Shown: positions 1 to 11,680, counted from the stretch's first letter. The stretch is DNA of 64,000 nucleotides from Paraspadella gotoi (GCA_051294375.1 CM119270.1:4472152-4536151); one strand, 5' to 3'. Program-made: numbers and translations. The notes: generated by a model not told the origin, from the letters alone.

Positions 1-160
1 CTTCCTGATTGGCCTCCCCAGAACCAACCATTGATGCTACCTTGTATGCAAACTTGGTGGCAATTTTTGCCATTTCACCCAATGAAGCCCTCATGGCAGA
101 CAGAGCGACGTTTCAATGAAGCTGGCACGTTTAATTATGCATCGATAAAGATCGCCGGCG
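1..160 (+). CDS. Partial upstream exon of the KH-Tudor (AKAP1-like) gene
   Basis: Frame 1 is open (LPDWPP...NYASIKIAG). A GTAGGT donor at 161 is phase 1 and matches the phase-1 acceptor at 997-998. No recognisable domain on its own. Confidence 0.5.
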
Positions 161-998
161 GTAGGTGGTTGTTTTGATTCATGTACGATTTTAAGAAAAA
201 TAATAATTTATTTGGGGTCATCTTGTCAGTTCAACTGTGGGGTGTCACGCCAGATTGACTCAGAATTTTTTTCAGAATTTTTTAAAGGTTTTTCTTGCCA
301 GGTAGATTCTGCTCTAAGTTTCCCATCTTATGAGAATCTGAAAATCTTACAGTCGACCTGATAAGAAAAGTGCAATTGACTGAATTGATCTTCAGAGAAA
401 AAAAAAGATGTTGTAACAATGTAAGTCGATGTAATGAGAATTTTTTTTTCCAAAAACTTTAACCGTTTTTTTCCCGGACATCACGAGAGGATATAAGTAT
501 AAGATGCAAGTTTTTTTTATTGAATTAATGTGCATGATTAATATCAATCAATAGATTAAAGAATTGATACATGAAGGTATAGTATAAAGTATTTGCTACA
601 TTGTTCATATTGGGACTCTCATTAACATAAATAGAATTAGGTGTAGATCGATTCAGGAATTTTTTATTTTCTCATCATGTCGATTCACATTTTTTATTTT
701 TCTCATCAGATCGATCCACAAAATATTCATTTTCTTATCGGATCGAAAAAGAAGTTTCTAAATTTTTTTTTCTTATGACATCGATTTTTTTCTCATCACA
801 TCAATGTCGATTCTATGAAAAAAATTAAATGAGAATCGTTCTCATGAGGACAATTATCGATCTGGAGACATGTACCCATTTAGATGATAGGAAGATTTCT
901 CTAGTGTTTTTGATACTGAATTTTGCTTTTTGTTAATTTCTCATTTGCCTAAAAAAATATCATCAAAGAAGCTAAATGTAAGCTTTGTTTTTGAAAAG

Positions 999-1192
999 GA
1001 TATCGGCAGATTCTTGAAGGGCTGGAGATTTATTTGTCAAAACCGTTACAAGAGGCCACAAGCGAAATTGAAACGTTCTGGCAATGCTGCTGCTTTGAAA
1101 ACTTGGCACCAATGGAAGCCGCTTTGGAAATCAACTTCCCAGCGAGTCTCTTGGACCAGCTCATCGGGAAGAATGGAGAAAATGTCAAGCGG
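999..1192 (+). CDS. AKAP1: AKAP1-like gene exon, N-terminal half of a KH domain
   Basis: Acceptor tttgtttttgaaaag. The frame not shown in the ORF track reads YRQILEG...LEINFPASLLDQLIGKNGENVKR, with a KH GxxG loop (IGKNG). Phase-0 GTATGA donor at 1193. Confidence 0.8.
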
Positions 1193-1391
1193 GTATGAAT
1201 GGTGTTTAACAAATGTTAATTGACATGTGTTGATGGTGCGAGTTACAAATTTGAAATTACCAGCAATCCTAGATCTGAATAATAGAAATTATGAATTTCT
1301 GAGAATATGGGACGATTGCAAATGGGAAGGGTAGCCGGTCACAGTAAGAAGTCAACATCATCCTCTTGCAATTTTCCCTTTCATCACTCAG

Positions 1392-1562
1392 TTAATGGGA
1401 ATTAATCCAATTCGCCTCATCGTCTTAACACACGATTTCGTCAACGACGTTCACCCAATCGTCTTGAGCGGATTCCCGCCTAATCTCAAATCCTTTTTCT
1501 CCGCCGTCAAACGCACCTTTCCCCCATCGACTCACCCTAAGGTCAACCTATCCTTGATGAAT
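1392..1562 (+). CDS. AKAP1: AKAP1-like gene exon, C-terminal half of the KH domain
   Basis: Acceptor tttccctttcatcactcag, phase 0. LMGINPIRLIVL...PIVLSGFPPNLKSFFSAVKRTFPP completes the KH pattern. Phase-0 GTAAGT donor at 1563. Confidence 0.8.
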
Positions 1563-2589
1563 GTAAGTAATATCAATAATTGTAGTAATAGATGTAATTG
1601 TGATGGTTTTACAGTGTGTTTCAATGGTACTGTCGGTTAACTTTTACATATTGTGCGGAACTGTGTGCTATTAAATATTATTTCTGAGATAACAATGTCG
1701 AAGATAAGTTCCTACCATTTATGATACTATATTTTGAATTCAATTTTTATGAATTGTTCTTTACAGAACATTTAATTTAATTGAGTCTTTATTTCTTACT
1801 TTTTTAATTTTTAGATAATTTTTTTAACTTTACAATAAATTTTATTAAAAAATTATATAAAAAAATATTTTAAATAGATATAAATTATTTAAATTTTAAT
1901 TTGTATAAAATAAGTTAATAAATTAAAAGAAATAAACAAATATTTAAAAAATATATATAAATTGATAAAAATTTGCTAATTAATTTGATATTTAAATTTT
2001 TTTATTTGAAGTTGTGAGCGATTAAATAATAAATATAAATAAATAAATATTAAAAAGAATTTTTTTGGTAAATTTTTTTTACCAATTGCTTTATGCAATA
2101 ACTAAAAGAGTTTGCTTTGTTCAATTTTTAAAATTTAGATATCCTATCCTATCCTATGTTCCATACTTGTACGCGTATTCATTATAATGAATTAAAGTTT
2201 TTCGATCTAGTATAGGAGCAGTAAGCTTTTCTTAACAGACAGTACCATTGGGACTCACTGTAGTAAACAGTAAGAGTATTAGTAATAGTTGATGTAAATG
2301 GTTGTTGTAATATTAGTAGTATTAGTAGTAGCAACAGTACTTGTTGTATTAGTTAGTAGCAGTACTTAGCAGTTTCAGAATGCAAGACTCATAAATAAAG
2401 AGTTGTTTGGGTAAGTATTAATTATTTGATTTATAATTATTGATTATTAATGATTGAATATTATTGATTATCAATGGATTAATGACGATTGTCAAAACTT
2501 CTAAAATATTTTATTGTTTGTCATTTAACCATGAAAATATTTTTAATTTTGGTCCCTTACTCTTTTCTCCCCCCTTCCTCCCCCCCAAG

Positions 2590-4578
2590 CATCCCTACAT
2601 CATCAAAACGACACACCCTCTGTGCATGCCCGTAACGCTCCCGAACGACGGGTTTACCGACGCCTGTGTCATCAATGTTGTCGACCCAACGGATCCGTCG
2701 CGAGTTAACGTGCGGCTCCCGCAGCACCCATCCTACAATCAACTCCATTTGCTGGAAGCATGCATGCGGGTTTGCTACAACCGTAACAAATTTGATCCTC
2801 CAATCGTGGAGCATCGCTACGCGTTTCCCGGCGCTATCGTTGCGATACACTTTAGTGGAGTCTGGCGGAGGGCTGAGGTGGTGGAGTGGGAGACCGAATG
2901 GAGGATGAAAGAGGTTAACGTGGGGGCAGAGAATCGCAAGAGTGATGAATATGAAATGAGTGAAGGAGGTGAGAAAATGGGAATAGGAAAATCTGAGGTT
3001 TCTGCGCTATTAAGCAAGATTATCGACCTGGTCTGTGAAAGCGAAGAGAGCTCTGGAAAAGATATTGTAGAGGACGTGGTTATGATATCAAATGAGATGA
3101 CCGACAAGAAAAGCGGGAATAGTTCTGACAGAAGTATTTTAAATGAAGTAGCAGAGATAATCAGAGAAATGATGGACCAGGTAAGCGAGGTAAGCTCTGA
3201 AAGACTTATTTTCGACGAGGTAGCCAGGGTATTAAATCAAATTATTGAAATGGTCAGTGGAAGCAATGAAAACTCTGGGGTAGCTGATATATTGGAGAAG
3301 ACGTTTGACAAGATCTGTAGAAGCAATGTGAGAAACGGAAAAACAATTTCATATGAAGTTGCCGAAAAATTAAAGGACATCATTGACGAGATCTGTGGAA
3401 GCGACAAGGCATTTGACAATTTCGGTGCTGATTTAGCAGCTGTATCAAATGAAATGATTGACAACATTAGAGGTAGCAAAGAGAGCCGTGGATACGAAGT
3501 TTTTGAAGAAGTAGCAGAGATATTAGGAGAGATTGTTGGCGTGGTCTGCAGTGACCATGAGTTATCTGATAAAAAAGGAGAGAGAGATCCAGTTGAATTA
3601 TCCAAAGACAGTTATAAATCTGCTGAAACCGATTCTGAAATAATGAAAGAAAAATTCCTTGTCCTCACTGGAAGAGTCTTGGTTCGCTTCTTGGACCACG
3701 GGGGGCGCGCCTGGGTAGTAGGCAATTACCTCAGGCAGATCCGAGTCGACTTTCTCAAACTGCCCGATCAGGCCATCGAGTGTCGCCTGGTAAAGGATCA
3801 GGCGGATAGAGTAGCGGCAGCATTGAAGACGAGGAGAGACGTCGGCAACGATTCTTCGGTGAAACCGCTCGACGCTTCTTGGGTCTGGTTGTCCGTTGGC
3901 GCTCCCGAATTCTCGCCGCTTCAGGCCCGCGGCGAGGGCATCGACGTCGACGGAACGCCGCTCGTTCGCTTCTGCCGGAAGTCAGTTCCGGAAGCCGGGA
4001 CCACGGCGCCCCCTTCGTATTGGGCGACAAACGAATGCGAATCAACCGCGAGGAGAGTCTTGGAAGAGAACTTTAAAGTTTGGGATTCGGACCCCCCAGA
4101 AATGCAAAATGGTTTAACGGCGCCGCTTACGAACTCTCCAATGCCGGGAAGTAACTATGCGGTGCCGGCGATGGATTTAAAACTCGTGACGTCGAAATCG
4201 AACGTTGTCTCGACGGCGTCCATCGACGAAATTACGACGCCGGTCAACGAAAATACGAAATCGATCGAGGAAATGGCGGCGCCGATTAAAGAAATTACGG
4301 TTCCAACAGAGGAGGCTTCGGCGTTGGAGGAAAACTTTGCCACGCCGGACGATGACTCTGATTCGGATTCGGACTCATATTATTCGGTGTCGAGTTCCGC
4401 CAGTTACGTCTCGGCCAGATCAACCGCGTCGATCTCCATGGAAACGGCGATGGCGATGTCGGGCAACGACGACGACAGCGACGAAGAAGACGAAGCGGAC
4501 GTCGGTCCTCCTGGCGGCAAAAAGAAGCGAGGCGGACCCCGGAGAAAAAGAAAGCGAAGGCGGCGGAGGAAACGTTGA
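2590..4578 (+). CDS. AKAP1: AKAP1/spoonbill-like terminal coding exon: split extended Tudor domain, Ser/Asp-rich tail, basic C-terminus
   Basis: Long polypyrimidine tract and AG at 2588-2589, phase 0. Motifs LP.DG, HPSY..L..LE..M..CY, G.WRRAEVV, VRFLDHGG, LRQIRVDFLKLPDQAIECRL and GTPLV match the recalled AKAP1 Tudor pattern (HPTF..L..L...M..CY, WWRAQVV, YVDYGG, LRQIRSDFVTLPFQ, GLPLI). Ends KKKRGGPRRKRKRRRRRKR-stop. Confidence 0.82.
   Translation, partial: HPYIIKTTHPLCMPVTLPNDGFTDACVINVVDPTDPSRVNVRLPQHPSYNQLHLLEACMRVCYNRNKFDPPIVEHRYAFPGAIVAIHFSGVWRRAEVVEWETEWRMKEVNVGAENRKSDEYEMSEGGEKMGIGKSEVSALLSKIIDLVCESEESSGKDIVEDVVMISNEMTDKKSGNSSDRSILNEVAEIIREMMDQVSEVSSERLIFDEVARVLNQIIEMVSGSNENSGVADILEKTFDKICRSNVRNGKTISYEVAEKLKDIIDEICGSDKAFDNFGADLAAVSNEMIDNIRGSKESRGYEVFEEVAEILGEIVGVVCSDHELSDKKGERDPVELSKDSYKSAETDSEIMKEKFLVLTGRVLVRFLDHGGRAWVVGNYLRQIRVDFLKLPDQAIECRLVKDQADRVAAALKTRRDVGNDSSVKPLDASWVWLSVGAPEFSPLQARGEGIDVDGTPLVRFCRKSVPEAGTTAPPSYWATNECESTARRVLEENFKVWDSDPPEMQNGLTAPLTNSPMPGSNYAVPAMDLKLVTSKSNVVSTASIDEITTPVNENTKSIEEMAAPIKEITVPTEEASALEENFATPDDDSDSDSDSYYSVSSSASYVSARSTASISMETAMAMSGNDDDSDEEDEADVGPPGGKKKRGGPRRKRKRRRRRKR
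2995..3555 (+). repeat. Eight degenerate ~23-25 aa in-frame repeats (EVAEILxE(M/I)IDxVCxS) inside the Tudor domain
   Basis: EVSALLSKIIDLVCES, DVVMISNEMTDKKSG, EVAEIIREMMDQVSEV, EVARVLNQIIEMVSGS, GVADILEKTFDKICRS, EVAEKLKDIIDEICGS, DLAAVSNEMIDNIRGS, EVAEILGEIVGVVCSD. The DNA word gaagtagcagagata recurs near 3145 and 3508. Confidence 0.8.
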
Positions 4579-7274
4579 GTGAGAAGAGGGGGAGGAAGGG
4601 AGAGGGGACGGTGGGAGGGAGCGGAGGGGGGGGAGAGAGAGAGAGAGAGACAGAGAGAGAGAGAGACAGAGAGAGAGAAACTTAGAAAGTGTAACGACGA
4701 GGAATGAGTTTATGACAAAAGCAGCAATATATAATATATATATCAAATAGATTTAGAGAGAGAAAAAAAAAAGAAATGACAAAAATATCATGACCATCTC
4801 TCTTTCCATCTTCCTCTTCTTTCTCATCTTTTTTTCTTTTTCTCCTCCCCCCTTCTTTTCACCCCCAAACTTTTCCTCCTTCTTCTCCTCCTCCTCCTCC
4901 TCCCCCTCCTCCTCTTTCTCCTACGCAGGTTAAAAACCCTCGCGTCAAAAGGTCAAACGCGTTCCTTCTCCTTCCTTCGCGCTTCGACGCCTCGACGAAT
5001 CCTCGCCCAGTGTTGGACCTCTGGATCGAGGGTGTTAGGGGGTTGGCGAGGGTGTTGAGGAGTGGGTTAGGAGGAGTTTAAAGGCGAGGGTTGTCCGGGA
5101 TGTGTTGAGGGTTAGGATATGCGTTGAGGAGTGTTAGGAAGTGAGTTTGGCGGGAGTGTTGATACCTGGAGTTGGTAATGGTGTCTAAAATAGGATTGGC
5201 AGGGATGTTGAGAAGTGGGCGCGTGGGATTGACCCAGTTGAAGACCAGAGGAATAGAAGGGCGTGGCTCTGGCCGCCGCCCTCCCCCCTACGACTTCGAG
5301 GGTGCAGCCTCGTTTCCACATCCGCCGATCTTCTTCAAATTCTTTCCCTCATTGCATGACATTCTTTTTTTGTGTTTTCGTATGAATTTTAACAAAAAGA
5401 ACCAAAAAAAAGAAAAAAACTAAAATTATACGTGTAACTTTTCAAAGTTGCCTTCTTTTTATGACGACGAAATTTTATGAGGGAAGAAAAGTTTTTTTAG
5501 TTTATTTTGGATAAAACATTTTGATTTTGAAGTTTACTTTAATTTAATTTCATTTAGTTGACGACGTAGCCCACATTTTTTTAGTAGTGAAATTCAACTT
5601 TCAATTTATCCGAAACGTAAATTTTAGTTAAAAAAAATTACGAATTTTTGTCGTTAAAGCTAAACCGTATTATACCAATGGACAGTAGAGTGATGTGAAA
5701 ATGATAAAATTTTAGAAAATTAAAATTTAGCAAATAAAACATGAAAATAAAAACCAATAAAAATATTTTGGTAAATTTATTTTTTAATTTTGTACATTAG
5801 TGAGCACCAGTGATTTTTAAATTTTAAAATCGGATTTGGATTCCTTGCAAAAAGTTGATATAAGAAAGTATAATTCTTTTTTAAAAAGTCTTTTATTAAG
5901 TTGGTCAAAAATATAAAAAACTATATTTAAGACGCCGATTTTCAATTTCCAGTTTAAAAATATAGTTTTTTGTAATTTTAACCTACTTAATGTAGGAGTC
6001 TACGTCGTTCTTAGAGATCGAGGAAGACTTTTTCAATGGAGATTTTCGTTCAAATCTGACTACCAAACAATATAAACGCTCCTGGTCAAAATTCTGGTAA
6101 AATATCAATGTAAAAACACTTGATTCCGATCCTGTTGCATCTGAAGGGCTCGCATTTTTTTTCTCTTGTCAAATCATCAACATCTTGATATCAAATAAGC
6201 CAGAACAAATAGACTGCTTCTGGACGGAAAAATTTTTCATCTCTGATTTTATATAGAAATGAAAGGGATTTTTTTCCTTGAAAACGATATAAACGTGACT
6301 GAGATATGTTCCTGTTCAACAAATGAGGTCCAATTTTGGAATCCTTTGGCAAAGTGTCTGAAAGGCTCTCAAAATTTTTCTTTACATTTTATTAGGTTAT
6401 TTTGATATGATACGATCATGGTAAAGTGAATTAGTCTATTTTGGTGAAATTTTTATTTAAAGTAAAAGTAAAAGAGGAGCTAACGATCGGAATTCTAAGA
6501 GTTTTCAACCGGGACTCAGATTCGGGAGAAATCATCTATGGCGAAACTCTTCCAAAGAAGGGGTGAATTTTCTGAAGATTTTGCTTAATATTTTCTATAT
6601 TTATAGTCGGATTTTTTTGAAACTTAATATTAACAATATTGCCATCATTCTACCTTGGCCGGTATAAGAATATATTAAAAAAACCTCTGGCTTTGTTCGT
6701 CAGAGCTTAGTCCTAACTTAATGACATGATTTTTTAAAAAGATTTATATTTTCTTTTATCAACTTTTAACGAGGAATCTGAATCTGTTCTCAGAATTAAA
6801 AAAAAACCATTTTGAAAATTTGACTTTATATAAGGGTAGTACTATATACAAAATAAGCTGACTGGGCTACTATATTTATAAAGAAAGAAAAATAATTACA
6901 GATTAGTATTCATTAATATGTTATTTTTTAAGATATAACTGCTGAATTTTGATTCCAAACTTTCACTTCACCCTAATGGACAGAGCCTTCTGTCTGACGC
7001 CACGCGATGACTTTTAGCATCGATAATTACAGTAGAAATTCATAACTACAAAAGAATATGAATGAACTTTAAATAAGTAAAAGGCTAAGTTAAAATCCGC
7101 GATTAATTCATTTATAAAACGAGGTAATTTGAAGCAATCTTGCTTGGTGCTTGCTCATCAGTTTTTTAAACGCCTCGGGAAGAGAAGGAGTTTCTGATCG
7201 AGGGACAAGGGAGGAGATTCTCCATCAGCGTTCGCCAGGGACAGAATCGGGGGAGGCCGTCTGCTTAATTACCA

Positions 7275-7305
<31 letters not shown>

Positions 7306-7746
7306 TTTCTTTGAAATTTGTCGTTTTCGTCTTCGTCATGAAATTGGTACAACCAATTTAAAAATCATTCATTCGTTTAATAAATAAGCTAAGTGGCCCC
7401 TGACTTTGGACAGGCCTTCATCCCTCTTACGAGATAATAACATAGCAGGTTCTTGCGAGCTTTCGATCAAGACTCCCTTACAGTCCAGGCGTAATTGGCT
7501 TCCCTATCAATGAAATGGTGTTATTATAATTTAATCATTTTGTTGGCTTGATACTCTCGCGATAATATTTTAAAGAATGTTAAGAATTTTTATTTATTAT
7601 ATCAGTCGTCGTTGTCACCGTCATTGTCGTTGTCTTCGTTATATTTGTCATCGTTTTCATCGTCGTCGTCGTCGTCTTCTTTTTCTAGCCTATAATGTTC
7701 CCAGTCTCGTCGGTGACGATATCGTCGTCGTCGTTCCTTTTGTTTA

Positions 7747-7806
<60 letters not shown>

Positions 7807-8856
7807 TCGTCGTCTTCGTCTTTATAGGCATTGACCCGCGCCTGATCTCGAAATGATCCTCTTCATCCTTCATCCCGAATCTAGTGACGCAGGTGAGCGA
7901 ACGAAGCGACACCAAGCGGAGACCCGAACGAGGCCTTCTTTAAATGCCTCGTCTTCGTCGGCGTCGTTTTTGGCGTAATTTAGATTGTGTCATCTGTGTC
8001 TTTGAGTTGTCATCTTCGTCGTCATTTGACATCTGCGTCAACACGGTCAACTTTTACATTCGAGAAAATTGAAAAAAATTATACTTCTTTTAAAAATAAT
8101 ATGAATAGCATGTTCGTAAAATATTTTATGTCAGTAGTAAATTTAATTATTTACTTTATTTTATATACACGGATTTCAAATGGGAGTGAAATGAAAGGAT
8201 CAAATACTGTAGCTAAATAATTTGTTAAAGCAACTTCAGATTTTTCACTTTGGTAGAAAAATCGCTAACTTTTTTTTATTTTTCAACTCCCAGTAGTCCA
8301 GCTTGCTTACTTTCTTAGTTATGTGCTCATCAATGGCATGGTCGAATTTCAAAAAGCAAATTTTTTGTATTTGAAAAGGACCTTCCTGTTATAACACAAC
8401 CCCAATGACAGCCATTTTTATTTTATAGGTTTTCTAGTTAAAACTTATAGAAAATACAAATTTCAGCTTTGAAAAATAATTGGAAAATAACGGTGATCTG
8501 GCAAGAGCCTCTTGCCTAATAACTAAACTATAATAACTAATATATTAATAAAAAATTTTTGCATGCTCGCAAGACGTTATACTAACTAATAAATGTAAAA
8601 GAAAGTAAACTTTTCATCTCAATTTTTTCACAGTGAGTTTAAAATCAAATTATCTAATAGGAAAATTATCTCATAGGAACATAAACTCCAGGGAATTTTC
8701 TAACTAATGAAATGAACAAATATTAATCACATTCAGTCAGTTAAGAGCTATAACAATTCTTTTCATTTCACTCCCATTTGAAAAAAACCACTTGATATAA
8801 TCATCATCATCATGCATAATCATCATCATGCATCATCATGCATAATCATCATCATG

Positions 8857-8890
<34 letters not shown>

Positions 8891-9155
8891 TTCATCATCA
8901 TCATCATCGTCGTCGTCGTCGTCGTCCCTTTCTTGGTCGTAGTCGTCGTCGTCGTCGTCCTCTTTATCGTCCTCTTTATCTCGAATGACGCATTTCCGGT
9001 GATGACGTCAGAGTCTGCGTCGTTTTATCTTGTTGTCATGTGAAAAGAGACGTCGTCGTCGTCGTCGCCGCTGCAGCCGCCGCAGCGCCGCAGCTGCCCA
9101 GCCAGTATCGACTTTCTTGATGAGACAATTGAAAAGTTAGTTGAAGAGAAACGGA

Positions 9156-9558
9156 GACCGACCGACCGGCCGACCGACCGACCGACCGACCGAAGCCGAC
9201 CGAACGACCGACCGACCGAACCGACCCGACCGACCGACCGACCGAGCCGAGACCGACCGACCGACCGACCGACGACCGACCGACCGACCGACCGACGACG
9301 ACGACCGCCGACCCGACCGACCGACACGACCGCCGACCGACCGACGACCGACCGACCGACCGACCGACGCGACCGACCGACCGACCGACCGAGCCGAACC
9401 GACGCGACGCGAGCCGACCGACCGACCGACCGACGCTTTAAGGTTTAAGAATCTTGTGTTGTCGTTGTCAAACAGCCATCAATTTTTATGAAGTAGGTTT
9501 CGAACCTGGGACTTTGACCCCGAGAATATTACGTCTTAATTCTCTGCGCCAAGTCGGT
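9156..9558 (-). mobile_element. tRNA-derived SINE-like fragment followed by a (TCGG)n tract
   Basis: Minus strand reads TGGCGCAGAGAA (A-box-like), then ~30 nt, then GGTTCGAAACC (B box) at ~9551-9495. A short body and a ~280-bp degenerate (ACCG)n array (9156-9434) follow. No complete cloverleaf. Confidence 0.45.
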
Positions 9559-10568
9559 CGCGGAATGGGGCCGTCGTCGTCGTCGTCGTCGTCGTCGTTA
9601 TATCTCGGGCCTTTATCGCTCACTTCTCAGCCTTATTTGGAAGAAAAAAAAAAATATAATATTAATAAAAAAAAGGCCTTTATGGTTTTTTTTTTTTTTA
9701 TCTTTTTTTATTTCGTCGGTCAAAACGGAAGTGCATTTGGGTGATCGATGTCGGCGGCGGCGGCGGGAGCGGCGGCGGCGGCGGGAGCGGCGTGGGCGGA
9801 GTTCCTGATCATTTGGCAAAGATTTTTGGTAATAAGAAAGTAAATGCAGCACAAAATATTGAAATTACCCTTTTTTTAACCTCTCTCTTCTCTCTCTCGT
9901 ACATCCACTATCTCTCTCTCTCTCGTCTCTCATCATCTCTCTACTCTCGATCTCTCACTCTCTATCGAATTCTCCTCACGGTTTGACTCCATTCGTGTCT
10001 CGGACTCAGAATTCACTCTCCACCGCGAAAATTGCGGGCATCGTGAATGGAACCGAAGCCAAGCGATTTCCACGCTTCGCTTCTATAATTCGATTCCATT
10101 CGTCCCGTCAATTTTTTTTGATGGCGACAAATCGATAGCGAATTCCATCGGTTTTGACAATTTTGCCAATTTATTATTCTTTACTCGTAAAACATTACAC
10201 TTTGTGAATTCTATTTTTTTATTTGTATGTCTACCNNNNNNNNNNAATGTACACGTATACCGTTTCAATAATTTTTTTTAAACGTATGACATAAAACACA
10301 TATTTATACTATACACTAATACAGATAGCATTTATAACTAGTACATACACAGTAACTGGTAATCCCACGGGTAACAAGCCCAATGCAATGTTCACCTTTC
10401 AATCCATGTGTGAGGACAAAACATATGATATATTCAAATTGTCTAAGGTTAAAATAAAGTATAAGAATAAGAAAACTAAATGGGGCGCTATCGGAAATTC
10501 TTCCGCTATTCCTAAGTTCCCTTCCATAATCCACACTCGACTGTGGTTACTGCGTTCCACGCTAGTGC

Positions 10569-10875
10569 GTCACCGCCCAAAATGGGACCCACACGACAGT
10601 CACGCCCACATGGGACCAACACGATGCCACGCCCACAACGGAAACAACATAACGCCATACCCACAACAAGATCAACACCACGCCACGCCCACGACGGAAC
10701 AGTGGAGATCCTGATTATTCATCTCATTTTGTTCGCCATTTTTATCTCGACCAACTCCACTGAACCCACACAACACCACGCCCACGACAAGATCAACACG
10801 ACGCCACGCCCACGACGGGAGCCACACGACCCAACGCCCACAACGGGACCCACACGAGAGCCACGCGTCCCACGT
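10569..10875. repeat. ~27-28 bp minisatellite (ccacgcccacaacgggaccaacacgacg-like) in two blocks
   Basis: Recurrent ccacgcccac...acacga units, interrupted by a ~65-bp AT-rich spacer. Confidence 0.7.
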
Positions 10876-11374
10876 CGTCCTCACCCAATGCGCAGGTGTC
10901 GTCCGTTGTTAACGACCTGACGCCTCAACTCGTCGCAGGAACGAAGAGCAAATTAGTTTTGTGTCATCGTCTTCGTTTCTCGACTTGACGATCCGCAGCG
11001 CCATCTATGGGTTCATCTTTATCTCATTCTTCGTCTTTTTCTCTTATTAGTTCATCTATGTCTCATCTAAATTACGTTTTAACCATTTTAATTATGCAAT
11101 ATAAACGATAAAACTGAATAGACATAGTACATGATTTTTTATGCTTGTTTGAGACGTCGCTTGTAAAAAACGTACTCTCTATTAATATAATAAATAACCT
11201 TTCTGGTCCCTTGCTTTGAACAGACTATTATTTCATGATTTCATCCTAAAATTCTTAGAGACTCTTTTTTCATATTGGCAAATGTTTACATGATTCGAAT
11301 AATAAAAAAAACGGGAAAACAGATTACAATCACGACAAAGTTGGTGGTCAGACGGTTGTCCTGGGAAATGTAAG

Positions 11375-11680
11375 GACACAGATAGTGTGCCAAGGCGAGG
11401 TTAATTATTCTACAATATTAAATAGTTACAATTATAGTTCTGCGTATATATTTCGTCTTTAACTTTTTAATTTTACTTTTCTATATATATTATATTATAT
11501 TATATATTATATTCCAATCCGATTTTATCCACTTCTCTTTTCTTTATCTATTCTTCTCAAAATCAACAAAATCTTTTTCGGCTCAAAAAATTCAAATAAA
11601 ATTTCCTTTTCTTTTTTTTCTCCTTCGTCTTATTTTTCTCATCGCTCGTCTCTCCTTGACGAATTCCGCGAGGCCACCAT
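11375..11680. repeat. Empty-site copy of the locus repeated at 11706-12800
   Basis: gccaaggcgagg...ttactttctatatata is joined directly to tattccaatccgatttt...gccaccat. In the next copy the same flanks enclose a ~770-bp insert. Confidence 0.8.

Larger units (their letters stand above)
7170..11010 (-). other. Scattered GC-rich exon-like blocks of an unidentified gene, probably minus strand
   Basis: GC-rich islands near 7170-7260, 7830-8030, 8900-9120, 9730-9830, 10020-10160 and 10890-11005, some with minus-strand AG/GT ends (e.g. ...DELRRQVVNNGRHLRIG then GTGAGG). No continuous frame could be assembled. Confidence 0.25.

Noticed and set aside
930-1223. 97-aa ORF in the track
   Set aside because: Wrong frame; the overlapping frame encodes the KH motif and has matching splice phases.
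2464-2589. N-terminal extension of the 704-aa ORF from a TTG start
   Set aside because: It is AT-rich intron sequence ending in a polypyrimidine tract and AG; the exon starts at 2590.
2890-3670. Intein as explanation for the Tudor insert
   Set aside because: No Cys/Ser start block, no His-Asn end and no endonuclease motifs.
2590-3800. TDRD5/tejas assignment (MRxCY similarity)
   Set aside because: The adjacent KH domain and the HPSY, DHGG and LRQIRxDF motifs fit AKAP1 better; no LOTUS domain is visible.
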